NCBI RefSeq assembly: GCF_009914755.1
Contig: NC_060928.1
Reading direction: 5' to 3' (one strand)
DNA: 64,000 nt
Origin: the human T2T-CHM13v2.0 reference genome, Homo sapiens
Shown piece by piece: positions 25,424 through 38,927 of this stretch (positions within the stretch are counted from its first letter, which is position 1; the number at the start of each line of letters is the position of its first letter). Both the position numbers and the translations under genes were made by a program. The notes beneath the pieces were generated by a model. It did not search any database and was not told the DNA's origin. It worked only from the letters and a program-made list of their open reading frames with translations.

Positions 25424-27130
25424 AGGACCACATGAGGATCCTAGACACCTACTGCATGAATGTATTCGCCCTTTCAGGTCTAGGGACCTGGTAACCATTT
25501 ATTATTTGTACTCTGATTTTCTTCCATTTCTTTCTCCAGTCCATAAATGTAACTTAAGTGACTTATTAACACTGATGGTTTGATCACCAATAGCAAGTTC
25601 CAGTTTCAGTCTTAGTGTAGGTGCCCTTATTACAGACTTGAGATAAAGTCCAAGGCTAACCACTCTTACAAGTTTACACTTTGCTAAAGGGTACCTTGGG
25701 ACAGAGGGAGTGCAGAGCAGAGAAAACCTACCTGTGCAACTGAGAAGGCCGCTCAGGCCACGGGGACAGGGCAGGAATGCTCTCAGGAGTGTCCCCTGCA
25801 CCTGAACTTGATTTCACGCCATCACCTTCCGCCTCTTAACCAGCATCTCCTGGACAGTCAGCCGAGTGTTTCCATGATACCAGCCATACCTGATGCCAGG
25901 AGACTCGCTACACTTGGAAGCTCTTCAAGGTGGGACTTTCTGTCTTGTTCAGTTTTTCATTCTCAGTAGTCAACACAGGACCTTATACTTAAAGGAAATA
26001 AGTATAACGTCCTAACAAGTGCTTCTGGAATAAATGATCATGGCTGAAATGAGCATCTGAAATGACGATATATCTAGAAAGAACAGAAAATATACACTGG
26101 ACGTATTTTAGGTGGCTGAGATTATTGAATGGGAAAATAGTGAGATCTTACAATTGAATGGGTATCATAAATGCTTCCTGTATAATATCTGATTTTGCCC
26201 TTATCACAAAGAATTCATATAACCAAAACTATCTCCCTAAAAATGTCTTCCTAAACATGAAAACAAATTATTTGACTTCATAATGCCGCTTTTTACCCCA
26301 AAGTGTCTGACCCTTTCACTAAACATTACTCGGTATTAAATAGTATAGATATAATTTCTCTGAAATTCACTGAATATGATTTTCAAATGCTGTAATTCCT
26401 AAAAATAATGTCTAGGCTGCCTTTAATTTCTCATGTCAGTAATAATTAATGTCCCTACAAAGCTTATGGGGAATCAGAAACATTTGTTTATAACATAGTG
26501 AAGAATTTTTAAACAACCACAGAATATGAATATAATAAGATAAAATATTAAATATTTCCAGGCATGCTTATCTTTGTGAACTGAATCTTGGAGAAGCAGG
26601 ATCGAAAATAAGAGCTATCTTTGAGGCTCTAGCACCTACAAGAGACACCCTCCCTCTCTACCGTGGATCACCTGTCTCACCCGTGTGAGTCTCCACACAG
26701 AAACCAGTCATGGCCCTGCCTTTGCCCCCCTTGAAATCACCCAAGAGGATGCTTCAAACTCAGGCAAGCACAACTGATACTCACTCTGCATGCGACAGCA
26801 GGGGAGTGACCTTACGAGAAACTAATGGGCCTCGCTTCCTGAGAATCACTGTCAGAGCCCGTAACATAAGATAAATCACAGCCAAGGATTTTTGAAAAGT
26901 TTCCTGATGAGAGAACCATGACCTTTTCAAGCGTAGTGATGGATTGATCAGGGCAAGCAATAGGTAGATTTTTTAAAACAAGCCTGGCGAAAAAAACAAT
27001 GATATATATCTACCAAAGTTGGCTGGAATACCCGGCTGGTGTCCCAGTCAGGAAACACAGGAAAAGGTTACATCTGTAGAAAGAAAAACAGCTTGTTAAG
27101 CAAAACAATGCAGTTAAAAACCAAGCTCAC

Positions 27131-27686
27131 TGTAAGAAATGCCGCGTGGGCCAGTGGGGACGGCCATGCCGAAAGCGCTCAGTGCTCCTGAAGCTGGGTG
27201 GCCAGGTGTTTTCACACAAAAAGGCCTTCCCTGCTCGGGCCATGGGATAAGCCTTTGAGTGGAGACCTAGGAAGGAGCTGAAGTCTGCGTTGGGGGTGGA
27301 AGGTGGCAATCCCATTAGACAGCTCTCCCTCGTGTGAATTTATGAAGCCCCACGCAGACTGTGACTTTTAAAATAATCACTTAGTTGGTTTTAGCACATG
27401 TCGCAGATTTCATTACAGGCCGCCCCTTAACGAGCATTGTAACCTGGAGGAAAGAATCCAAATTCTTTAGTCACCACCTAACTCCACATTCATTACCTTG
27501 TTGCCCAGGGTGGAGTCCAAAAGCAGCAACTATGTTTATTTCTCCATAGAAAATAAACGTTCACCAAGGCACGTCTGCTCTATTACTTTTTTATTCTTAA
27601 CTAGACCGTTAATATAATTGTTGGTTGCATTGATTTCAACTTCCCCACACGATGCAATTGGCTTTCTGCCGTATTTCAATCACACT
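27131..27686 (-). other. Candidate non-coding first exon (5'UTR) of a minus-strand transcript
   Basis: Unique sequence that starts at an Inr-like TTAGT (A at 27686), 30 nt downstream of TATTTTAAA, and ends at the donor-like TTACA|GTGAGC (intron starts 27130). No transcript evidence is available here. Confidence 0.45.
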
Positions 27687-27890
27687 AACCAAGAGAGACA
27701 TCAGACGTTTAAAATAGACTCTGGACCAAAACCGAGGGCAGGGGAGAGGTGGGCGGGCCAGGCACAGCTCTGCTGAAGCACTGGTTTGACATGTCGAGTT
27801 GAAGTGTTTTACTCCAAACAGCTGTCTCCCTGCCAAGGTGAAGGCTAGACGGTAAAAAGGAAAGTTCCTTTTTTTCTGATAAACTAGGCT
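27687..27890 (-). promoter_or_regulatory. Candidate core/proximal promoter with muscle/cardiac-type motifs
   Basis: CTATTTTAAA (TATA/MEF2-like, 27708-27717), GGGCGGG (27751-27757), TGACA (27787), TGAAGTG (NKX2-5-like, 27800-27806), CAGCTG (27819-27824), AGGTGAA (T-box-like, ~27836), GGAAAGTTCC (kB-like, 27859-27868), TGATAA (27877-27882). Confidence 0.55.
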
Positions 27891-28506
27891 CTCTCCATAG
27901 GAAGTACCCTGAAGGCCCCCAGCTCCGACTCCGAGAGCAGAGCCCAGACTCTCCTACTTCGAACGGACATGAGCTCTATGCCTCTTGGGGTTTCTCTGCC
28001 TGCCCAGTCACCCTGGATAACGTGCTTGCCCTAGATTGTCTCCTAGGCCAAGTCCTCTCCAAGTTCTTGGCCCTTTGTCCTAAGGTTGGATCTCTTCCTC
28101 TCGCTTCCCTTGCTCCGAGCTGTGTCTCTGGATACACCCCCTGCAAACGACGCTTCCTGAGCTCGGCTGGCATCTGGCTGTGTTCAGCAAATGGGAAGCC
28201 CAGAAAGGGGACTGGAGAGCAGGAAGACAGGAGAACAAGGAGATTTCTCCTCCTTCAGCAGCCGCAGCAGCAACGGCGTGTCCTCCACAGTTAACTGGAA
28301 GAAAAAGCCTGAGTCCTGGTCTCCTCCTGGACTGCCAAAGGGTCTTCTCCTTAGACATGTAAATACACAAATATTCGCATTTTTTAGTAACCCTTTAAAG
28401 ATTTAACTGCCGGAATTTAACACCAGTAAAAACAAATGTAGCAATATGAAATTGCAACTCACTGAGGGCATTATGTTTCAGAAAGTGAAGAAATGCGAGG
28501 CCAGCT

Positions 28507-28587
28507 CCAGCCGCAGCGCACCTGTCCACGAGTCTGGCGGCAGCGCACCTGTCCCCGAGTCCGGCCGCAGCGCACCTGTCCACAAGT
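28507..28587. repeat. 27-bp GC-rich tandem repeat, 3 copies
   Basis: ccagccgcagcgcacctgtccacgagt / ctggcggcagcgcacctgtccccgagt / ccggccgcagcgcacctgtccacaagt. Confidence 0.9.
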
Positions 28588-30140
28588 GTCCACCTCTAAG
28601 GCAGTGTTCTTCAACACGCACCACGCGCATCCTCAGCTGGGCATTTCCAGAGGGAGCAAGTCTCTGAGAGGCAGGTCTAGCGCTAAGCTTTCAACAAGTC
28701 GCAGGCTATACTTCCGAACACAAAGAAATGAGAATGACTTCACATCTCAGCAGAGCCAAAAGCAGTAGACAAATAAGCAACGATGAGATTTGGTTTTTTT
28801 TCTTCCCTCTTTCCGGACACTCACTCCTGCCTCCCATCGTACCGTCCTGGAAACAGGAAGAAGGTGTGTATCTTGGTACAAGCATCAACTATGCACAGGT
28901 CCACTTTAATGGGGTAAAGGACAGGGAGTGAGATAAATAAATATGATGCGATGTCTCCAAAAGAGGAACATTACACTGGGAACATCCATACACGGTTCAA
29001 AATTGCATCCATATTTAGTTATTACTTAGAAATCATCAAGGAAAGAAATGCTTTCTTTTTTTTTTTCTAGGACTTCTTTTAAGAGAGGTTAGGGAAAGCT
29101 TTCAGTTATATTTTCTGTCACCTTCCGCAATTTTAAATTGGATGAAATAGTGGGAGACTTTGTTTTTATGGCTTTCTCCTTTCAACTATTGTAACAAACA
29201 TAGCTACCTATGCTTAGCATGCTTTAAGGCTGTATGGGACCATCTCTATATTATGGCCCAAACAAAATTGGCTTCTGGAACAAGTGTGGCTGTTTTGAAC
29301 TCGATCCACTTGAGTCGGAGATGAGGTTGACAGAGAGAGGACCAACTGTGTATAAAGCTCCTTTAGGGAATATCCTGCTAATGTGATCTACATTTCAAAG
29401 TGGAAACCAAATATTCACTGCCACTGGAGTCTTGATATTTCTGGGATTATCAAAAGTACTTTCCTCTGACACAGGAGATATCATAACCTGACTTGGGGTT
29501 GAATTCAAATTCTGCCACTAAATAGCTGTGCATGACACGTCATCTTTTTTTCATCTTTAAGATGAAGTCCTGAAATTTCAGGACACTTGCAACTTCAAAA
29601 CGTATCATTCCATGCAACAGAAAGGCAACACGTTGATGACTCCTGTCCCGAATCATATTCTATCTTGTACCTTTCTATCAGTCGGTAAAACTGCAGATGC
29701 TGACTTAGACAACAAGCTTTATATCATTGACTACGAAACAATGTCAGGTTGAACTTTGTACGAAGGGGTAGGTTGGTAAACACCTGGCCAGTGCAGTGAA
29801 GTGTGGCTGGTGTTGGAGGGAAAGGAAGAGGAGACGACAGTCACATTAGGAAGCTGCTCTGCCCTGAGATGAGCTCAGCGATTCACAAAACGCCATCACC
29901 AAACCTGGCACCTACTGCCAGTCCCCAGTGACTCCCTGGGTAATAAAGAAATTCCAGGGCTCTTAAGAGTCGTCGTCTGTTTGAGGGGTAGCTCTAATGT
30001 GACTAGATCTAAACAGAACCACTTAAAATGCTGACAGAATAGAGAAACCTGTAGTGGAATCCCCTGACTTCCCAGCTTTCTAGGGCCTGCTCTGAAGATT
30101 CTGGTCCTGGTCCCCACCTACAGCTAAGAATAGATTTCAG

Positions 30141-30415
<275 letters not shown>

Positions 30416-32344
30416 CTATGGACTAAAGTTGCCATTAGAAGCTTGCTCTGAAATTGCTTTACAATCCTGTACTCTTTCTGTCCACCAATTTTGACACCAA
30501 TGGAATATGAAACTTTACGTTTAAACTCAGTATCACCCTTTCATGTGAATTCAGAAATTCCAAGATGGTGATCATTTCTATGTGACGTTAGCAACAATTA
30601 AACTAACGTCTCTTTGCCTGGACTTCTTTTCCAGAAAGTGTCCTATGTGGTGGAGGGTGGAGGAGTGAAAGGGGCCTAGGAAGAGAGTGTCTAATTTAGT
30701 CTTGAGATATTACAGTGGCTTCAATACTGTTGTGTACAGGGATCTTTACTGTTTTACATATTATTTCATGTGTACATGGGCTCAATTACTTTTGAAACAA
30801 ATTAGCCAAAAAAGACAACTGATGCTTAAGCCTATCACTTAGCTAAATACATACAAGAATAGCTGTATTTCAATAGGCATGAAGACAAGAATAAGGATGA
30901 GATCATGTCCTTGGGTGAAGCAAACTTTGGCTTAGTTCTCTATTGAATATTTTATCAGGGGAATCAAAAAGTTGAGAAGATTCTGTTCTGCCATGTAAAC
31001 TAAAAGCCACCCAGTAGATGAGAAATTGAAAACCACAAAGCTTGGGGAAAAAAATGAATGCTTTAGAGCATAAATTTTTCCATTAAATTATGCCAATAAA
31101 CTTAGGACCTTGAAAGTTACTATGCTCAAATATATTTCAAAAGGAAGAAAATGCTCTTTTCAAAGTAGGGACTAGAAATTGAATGTATAGAGTAGCAAGA
31201 TTTTTTAATTCCACTAGCATAAATAAACCAATTTATTACTTCCTATTAATTCAATATCAATCTGTTTGAATTGAATGTACATTTATTAATATAGAAGATA
31301 CCTTTGCAAATTGCTCAATTAAAATAAAAACAAGCCTAGGTATATGACTATCTCTATATTTTCTAAGCTTTCCAGATGCATACTTGTTTTCCCACTGGTT
31401 GCGTAAGAATACCAAACATTAATTGAGGGTTGTTATATCAAAAAGAGTAAGAACAACTCCTGAGATTCGAAAGCCATGGGAAGTTGCTGAACTCAAGTAT
31501 TCATCTCATACTAGTCAAAGTTAGGGATAGTAGAAGAGGAGGGGTTGGGTTAAAGTGTAGGACCCCATGTTGCTGCAATGATTGGAAGCTCCTAATTAAC
31601 AGGAAGTATGGAGTGGAATAAAGTGAACTTATCATGGGGACCCTGGTGTTCCCTGTAGTGCTTTCTCCTCCTCTCTACTGGACACTCTTTTTCTTCTTTG
31701 TCTTTTTCCATTCAATAAAAGCAAGCCATTTATATGATTCAATAGACTGTGGATTGAGAATCAGAATTTTGGAGTTGTTAGTAATTAACAAAGTAATTAT
31801 CCAAGCATTTAATTTCACTGGACATGATAGCAGTTGAAATGACGATTTCTTGTTATTCCTTGATTCTACATTTAAAACACATTATTGTCCCATTTTATTT
31901 CAAGGAGGAATAAAATAGGGGAGAGAAATATTAAGCAAAGGGAAATGAAGAAAGAAGCTTAAAATGAAATGTGAGACATAATCCCAGGATTATCTTCAGA
32001 AAAATTCTTAAATCTTAGTTTGGTTGTGTACAGGTTAATCTATGTAGGCCCTCCTTCTGGGATTTTCTTATCTGTAATAGAAATATTGATTCCACTATGA
32101 CCTCTGTCTCTCTTGGCTGTTAGAACTCCAGATGCCAATAATGCAGGAAAAGGCACAAAGTAAACAACTTTGTCAAGAGCCATGGATACAGCACCCGCTC
32201 ACTATATGGTGAAGGGAATACCCTTCTCTGTAGCTAAAAGATGACTCAATTTCTAAGTTGTTATTTCCACCCAAATATCACATTCTTCCAACTTTCCATC
32301 ATCATCCACTCCTACCCCAGTGCAACTTATGCAAATGTCAGCAC

Positions 32345-34185
32345 CCTACACCAAACCTTTCCTACACCAACCCTTTCCTACACCACCCCTTTCCTACACC
32401 AACCCCTTCGTACACCAAATCTTTCCTACATCAACCCTTTCCTACACCACCCCTTTCCTACAACACCTGTTTCCTACACCAAACCTTTCCTACGCCACCC
32501 CTTTCCTACACCAAACTTTTCCTATACCACCCCTTCCCTACACCACCCCTTTCCTACACCAACCCTTGCCTACACCAACCCTTTCCTGCAACACCCTTTC
32601 CTACAACATCCCTTTCCTACACCACCCCTTTCCTACACCACCCCTTCCCTACACCAACCCTTCCCTACACCACCCTTTCCTACACCACCCCTTTCCTACA
32701 CCAACCCTTTCCTACACCACCCTTTCCTACACCACCCCTTTCCTACACCAACCCTTCCCTACACCAACCCTTCCCTACACCACCCTTTCCTACACCACCC
32801 TTTCCTACACCACCCTTTCCTACACCAACCCTTTCCTACACCACCCCTTTCCTACACCACCCCTTTCCTACACCACCCCTTCCCTACACCACCCCTTTCC
32901 TACACCAACCCTTTCCTACACCAACCCTTCCCTACACCACCCTTTCCTACACCACCCCTTTCCTACACCACCCCTTTCCTACACCACCCTTTCCTACACC
33001 ACCCCTTTCCTACACCACCCTTTCCTACACCACCCCTTTCCTACACCAACCCTTTCCTACACCACCCCTTTCCTACACCACCCCTTTCCTACACCACCCT
33101 TTCCTACACCAACCCTTTCCTACACCACCCCTTTCCTACACCACCCCTTTCCTACACCAACCCTTCCCTACACCAACCCTTTCCTACACCACCCCTTCCC
33201 TACACCAACCCTTCCCTACACCACCCTTTCCTACACCAACCCTTTCCTACACCAACCCTTTCCTACACCACCCTTTCCTACACCAACCCTTTCCTACACC
33301 ACCCCTTTCCTACACCACCCTTTCCTACACCAACCCTTTCCTACACCACCCCTTTCCTACACCACCCTTTCCTACACCAACCCTTTCCTACACCAACCCT
33401 TCCCTACACCACCCTTTCCTACACCAACCCTTTCCTACACCACCCCTTTCCTACACCACCCCTTTCCTACACCAACCCTTCCCTACACCAAACCTTTCCT
33501 ACACCACCCCTTTCCTACACCACCCCTTTCCTACACCAACCCTTTCCTACACCAACCCTTCCCTACACCACCCTTTCCTACACCACCCCTTTCCTACACC
33601 ACCCCTTTCCTACACCACCCTTTCCTACACCAACCCTTTCCTACACCACCCCTTTCCTACACCACCCTTTCCTACACCAACCCTTTCCTACACCACCCCT
33701 TTCCTACACCAACCCTTCCCTACACCCCTTTCCTACACCAACCCTTTCCTACACCAACCCTTTCCTACACCAACCCTTTCCTACACCACCCTTTCCTACA
33801 CCACCCCTTTCCTACACCAACCCTTCCCTACACCACCCTTTCCTACACCACCCCTTTCCTACACCACCCTTTCCTACACCAACCCTTTCCTACACCACCC
33901 CTTTCCTACACCAACCCTTTCCTACACCACCCCTTTCCTACACCACCCCTTTCCTACACCAACCCTTCCTACACCACCCCTTTCCTACACCACCCCTTTC
34001 CTACGCCACCCTTTCCTACACCAACCCTTTCCTACACCACCCCTTTCCTACACCAACCCTTTCCTACACCACCCCTTTCCTACACCACCCCTTTCCTACA
34101 CCAACCCTTCCTACACCACCCCTTTCCTACACCACCCTTTCCTACACCACCCCTTTCCTGCACCAACCCTTTCCTACACCAACCC
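32345..34185. repeat. Large 15/16-bp VNTR (~1.85 kb, roughly 115-120 units)
   Basis: Interspersed variants accctttcctacacc, acccctttcctacacc, aaccctttcctacacc and aacccttccctacacc, with degenerate edges. Copy number is estimated from length. Confidence 0.97.
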
Positions 34186-34368
34186 TCTCTTCCTGCCTGC
34201 TCATCATTCCCTCTTACATGTGTGTGGTCTCATTCACCCTGTGCTCCACTCCCTATCCCTATCCCTCACATGATCTAACTTACAAACCAGGACTCCTTCT
34301 CTTTCACATGACCCAATCCTTCCACCATCCCCACCCAAATCACCTCCCTCAATAAATACACAGAAGTT

Positions 34369-34673
34369 GGCCAGGCGTGGCAGCTCACCCATGTAATCCC
34401 AGCACATTGGGAGGCAGAGGCAGGCAGATCACTTGAGGTCAGGAGCTCAAGACCAGCCTGGCCAACACGGTGAAACCCTGTCTCTACTAAAAATACAAAA
34501 ATTAGCTTGGCATGGTGGTGTGTTCCTGTAATCCCAGCTACTCAGAAGGCTGACATGAGAATCGTTTGAACCCAGGAGGTGGAGTTTGCAGTGAGCCAAG
34601 ATCGCGCCACTTCACTTCAGCCTGGACAACAGAGCAAGAATGCATCTCAAAAAAATAAATTAAATAAATAAAC
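34369..34673 (+). mobile_element. AluS
   Basis: Full Alu. Perfect 15-bp TSD aaatacacagaagtt. Confidence 0.95.
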
Positions 34674-36220
34674 AAATACACAGAAGTTATGCAGACAGGT
34701 GCACTATCATGAACAGATAACACATTAACTAACATTTTAGGAAGGACACACTGGGAGTGAGTGTTCAGTGGCTGGAGCAAAGGAAGTCATGGAAATATGT
34801 CAGTAGAAATGTTCCAGTTTTGGAAACATGGCATCATGCATGAGATGAGATTTCCAAGACTAGGAATCAGATTTAGTTTTCTTAGGCATGCTGGGACTAA
34901 GCATCCTTTCATAACACCAGTGTTTGTGGTATTGGGAATCCCAGTGACCTCACACTGCAATCCTTCATTACCATCATGTGCAAAGCAGCTTCGAAGATGT
35001 CTCTGCTCTGAACTGCATTGTCTTCACAGAAAAGTGTGGGGAAGATCCCACTTCTGAGGCCGCAGGACACACAGAATGACCTTTCCTCTGCCATTCCCTG
35101 TACGGTGCCATTGGTTGCTTTAAACACATTTTTATTAGAATTGAAACTTTAAACATAGCCTTGCCAGTAGCTTCAAAAAGACACCAGCTAATCTACAAGC
35201 ATATATGGCCCACCATTTTCTCAAATAGCAATGAGAGTAAAATAAATAGGGTAATATGGTTTATCATTGCCTCAAGCAATGTGCAGAATTGTTAATAGTA
35301 GTAACTCCTCTCCCAGAAGGAAAAGAAAAATTTAAAATACGTGAAGCAGCCTTAACAACAACAAAAAAAGCTAACAATATATTTGTGTTTGAACATCTAC
35401 TAAATTCTTTCCCACTATTGCAGCCGGAAGCAATGCCACGCACAGCCAGATAATGTGGGCAGAGAGCACAGAGTCCAGGCACGGTTTAAATGCCGAGATA
35501 AGGGAACGTGAGTGCTTCTTTGCTTCAAATGTCCTAAATCAGCTTATTTTTAATTAGCAACAATCATCATACACACACACATTGACATTGAAGCTTCCAT
35601 AATAGTGTTCTTACGTTTTCAATCTGGTTAATTGAATGAGAAAACAAATTCTCCCACTAGACAGGTGCTCCAAAGTGAAATTTGTGTTTTCTGTGGGATG
35701 AGGAATGCTTTCAAATGGAACATTCTTGATTAAAGAGCCTGGACCATACAATTCATGTTGTGGGGAGGAAATGTGGCTTCAGAACATAATGAGAACTGGT
35801 TCGGTCTGCAGCCTTTCCCGTTCTCATTACGATCTTCACTATGAGAACAGATTCATATTATGGCATTTTCAACTCCTATTGTCAGCTTCTGACACAATAT
35901 GAGGTATTAGGACAGTAACTGGGGTGATGCCCAGTAAGTTCTGGCCACAAATCCTACACCAATATTACGGTATGTTTCTGGAAAGAGAAATTATTGGACC
36001 TATTGGCAAATCCCACCAGTCACAGAGTGATAAACAGGGAAGACTGGAATACCAGCCAATCAGATCAACAGATAGGATTTTAAAACACCAAGAACGTATC
36101 ACTTTGCATCTTGGAAAACAGTGACTATTTAAATTCTGATCTTGTATTCTCTAACAAATGAGAACAATGAATGTTGCACCCCAGGACATGCTCAGGACCA
36201 AAGCACAGTTCAAATTCTGG

Positions 36221-36332
36221 AAGGACATCACCATGATCCTAAAGTGGGAGGAAAATCCTCCTCCCCAGTCCTCAGCAAGGACATCACCATGATCCTAAAG
36301 CGGGAAGAAAAGCCTCCTCCCCAGTCCTCAGC
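36221..36332. repeat. 56-bp tandem duplication
   Basis: aaggacatcaccatgatcctaaag...cctcctccccagtcctcagc occurs at 36221 and 36277. Confidence 0.9.
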
Positions 36333-36489
36333 ACTGGACGTAGCCAACAGCACACTGGAGTAGGTAGAAGGCAGCAAAATAGCTACTGAAGAGCCACACA
36401 TGTTTTGGAAAGCAGGTGTATAGTTTGCAACAGTTTTCTTTCCAGAGATACGATTTCTTTTTTATATCAGAGTTTACAAATTTCAGACC

Positions 36490-36630
36490 CAGTGTTGACT
36501 TCACTTGTTATTAGCTTCTGTGTGCCTTTTCCTCATTCATAAGGTGAAGGTAACAGTACCTGCCTCGCATACCTAACAGAATCTTGGCAAGCATTAAATG
36601 AGATGGTATATATGCAAGCACTTCGATAAG
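36490..36630 (+). mobile_element. MIR fragment
   Basis: Contains ttcctcattcataaggtgaaggtaacagtacctgcctc and attaaatgagatg. Confidence 0.55.
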
Positions 36631-37581
36631 TACAAAGTGTCTTTACAAACATGACACAGTCATTTAAAAATCATCCTTAAGTTAGGCATACACTGCAAAG
36701 TGAGGCCTTATTTGAGGATGTTGTTATAAAATTCATAACTGAGGCCTGCAATTTCAAGGCAAAGTGGTGACAGAAACCTGTGGTGTACAAAATCCCATCG
36801 AGGCAAGGGACAGGTATGGGACAGAAGGCTTCATGCACCCCTTCGGGCATGTCCTCTGCAAGCCTCCAGAGCAGGCCCAGAAGTCCTTCTTATGTGCTCT
36901 GTGATTTTTCCTTCCAACCGTTTCCCTGACGTGGTTGAAAGATGTGCACGCCAAGGAAGATAATGCAAATACTGCGATGTAGTCACTTTGCAAATGCTGG
37001 GATGTTGTCACTTGCCACGCCAGCCAGCACTGGCTCTGGGAAAATGAAAAAGCCTCTGACACATTATAACTTAGCAGCAACATTCTAACTGGGTTGAGGA
37101 CAATAGTCTTAATCCTCCCTAGAAAGATCAAATTAAATCAGCAGCAGGCTCTGCCTGACACAGCTCTGTGTCACTGAGTGTTCCGAGGAAAAACCTAGAG
37201 GAGTCTGCAGCTCTTGACTTTGTAACTCGTGTCTTTCTATAGATATTCAGTGAGCAGTGATAAGACATCCCTGCATAAGGATTAGCTCAAGACAGGGAAA
37301 CGCTGTTAGAGGAGAGAGGTGGAGAACAGACACACATTTTGCCTGCCATTTAATTCAGCTAAAAGCCATCAAATTTCATGGCTAAACTTCAAACATGACT
37401 CAGTCGGAGATTTGATTTTCCTTCCCTTTTCAGCAAGGCAACACATCTGTATATTTCAGCCCAAGCAGCTATGTATTTTAGTGAGTGTATAGTAAAAGCA
37501 GATTCTATTAATCAGTAATAATTCAGAAATTAAGGCTGCATCCATTAAAAGTTCTACTTAATGGCAGTTAAAACTCGAGAG

Positions 37582-37726
37582 CAGTGGTTTGCAAACTTGA
37601 CTGTGCATAAGAAACATCTGGAAAGCATAAAAAATGCAGATTCTAGGGGCCCACCTGCAGAGTCTCATTGAGTAGATCTGGAATGAAATCCCAGAAATTG
37701 CGTTTTTTAACAAGCACCCCAGGTGA
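37582..37726. mobile_element. MER5A-like hAT DNA transposon fragment
   Basis: cagtggtttgcaaacttgactgtgcat...aaaaatgcagattctagggg...ttttaacaagcaccccaggtga. Confidence 0.7.
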
Positions 37727-38717
37727 AATGCATCCCACAGTCTTTCTATCTTAATGCGATTTTTATAATCCAAATTGCATTTAAATCTTTTGAAGAAAAT
37801 GGAAGTAGGGAGACAATCCAAAATGCATCTTGACAGTTTTGTAGATAGTCTTTCTCTGGCTTTTAGAGATTTTAAATCAAAATTTTATGGCATATCAAGC
37901 CATAATATGAATGCTTTTTTTTTGAACCAAACAAATCAAACAAAGAAAAGATGTGTCCCCAGAAAATTATTCAGCTCCCCCAAAGCAAGCATCTTTTTAG
38001 GTGGGCTATTTCAAGGAGCTGAGTTTCATATGCTCGTGTTAACAATCTTAGCCACATTATTTAATTTAAGCATAAAGCTTTAAGTTTTTGCATTCAGAAT
38101 GGAAGTGTAAAAGTCGTGCAACCAACTCAAGATGCTCACATATCCATGGCATGTTCAATCAACAGTGAAATATGACTTCAACTGTTCTGCAATATGAACC
38201 CCAATATTTGCCATCATAGTACCTACATTTTTTTTATTTTAAAAGTCTGAGACCCTAACTACTAACTTTACGTAATAGTAACATTAAGCGCAGCAAATCT
38301 AACTAGACCAATGGTATATAACTCTAGTCTGTATAGTAATTGCTCTTTTCAAATCAACTTCTTCTGGGTCTTGGGAGGAAATATTACATTGTATTCAGCA
38401 ACTTAGAAATCTGTGAGGTATTGTTTTGTTTTGTTTTGTTTTGTTTTTTGTACTTGAAATTGGGTTTTACTTTCTACAGTTTTTAAATTTTTTCTTTCTG
38501 CTTTTTCACTAGGCTTCATAGATCTCCCTTGCACATGTGCAATTTTGCTGTGAGCCAGAAATTTGCACAGTTCGTTCTTTGAATTTGGGTCTCATGCTTT
38601 CTGAGGTTGGCTTGTTGCCAAAACTTTCCTTTTAAATTTTTAGCTGCTTTTTAAGGTCTAAATTCTCATTTCTAGCACTTTTAATCAGGGACTTCATTTT
38701 TTTCTCCATTAATAAAA

Positions 38718-38922
38718 ATTTTAATTTTCTACTGATACATAATGGATGTAGATATTTTGGTAGTACATGTGATAATTTAATGCATTCATATAATTTGTAA
38801 AAATGAAACTAATGTAATTGAGTATCCAACACCTTAAATATTTGTCTGTTTTTTATGCGAGAAACACCTGAATGATTATCTTCTAACTATTCTGAACTGT
38901 ACAGTGGCTTGTTGTAAACTAT
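38718..38922 (-). mobile_element. L1MA-type 3' end fragment
   Basis: tgatacataatggatgtagatatttt...gtacatgtgataattt...gtaattgagtatcc resembles the antisense L1MA4/5 3'UTR. Confidence 0.65.
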
Positions 38923-38927
38923 GATTT

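Noticed and set aside
27976-28406. GC-richer short ORFs upstream of the candidate promoter as coding exons
   Set aside because: The frames are short with stops, no protein family is recognisable, and there is no consistent splice-site pair.
32241-34355. Three overlapping 650-700 aa Pro/His/Thr-rich ORFs
   Set aside because: All three plus frames are open only because the repeat unit contains no stop codon on that strand. This is a VNTR artefact.
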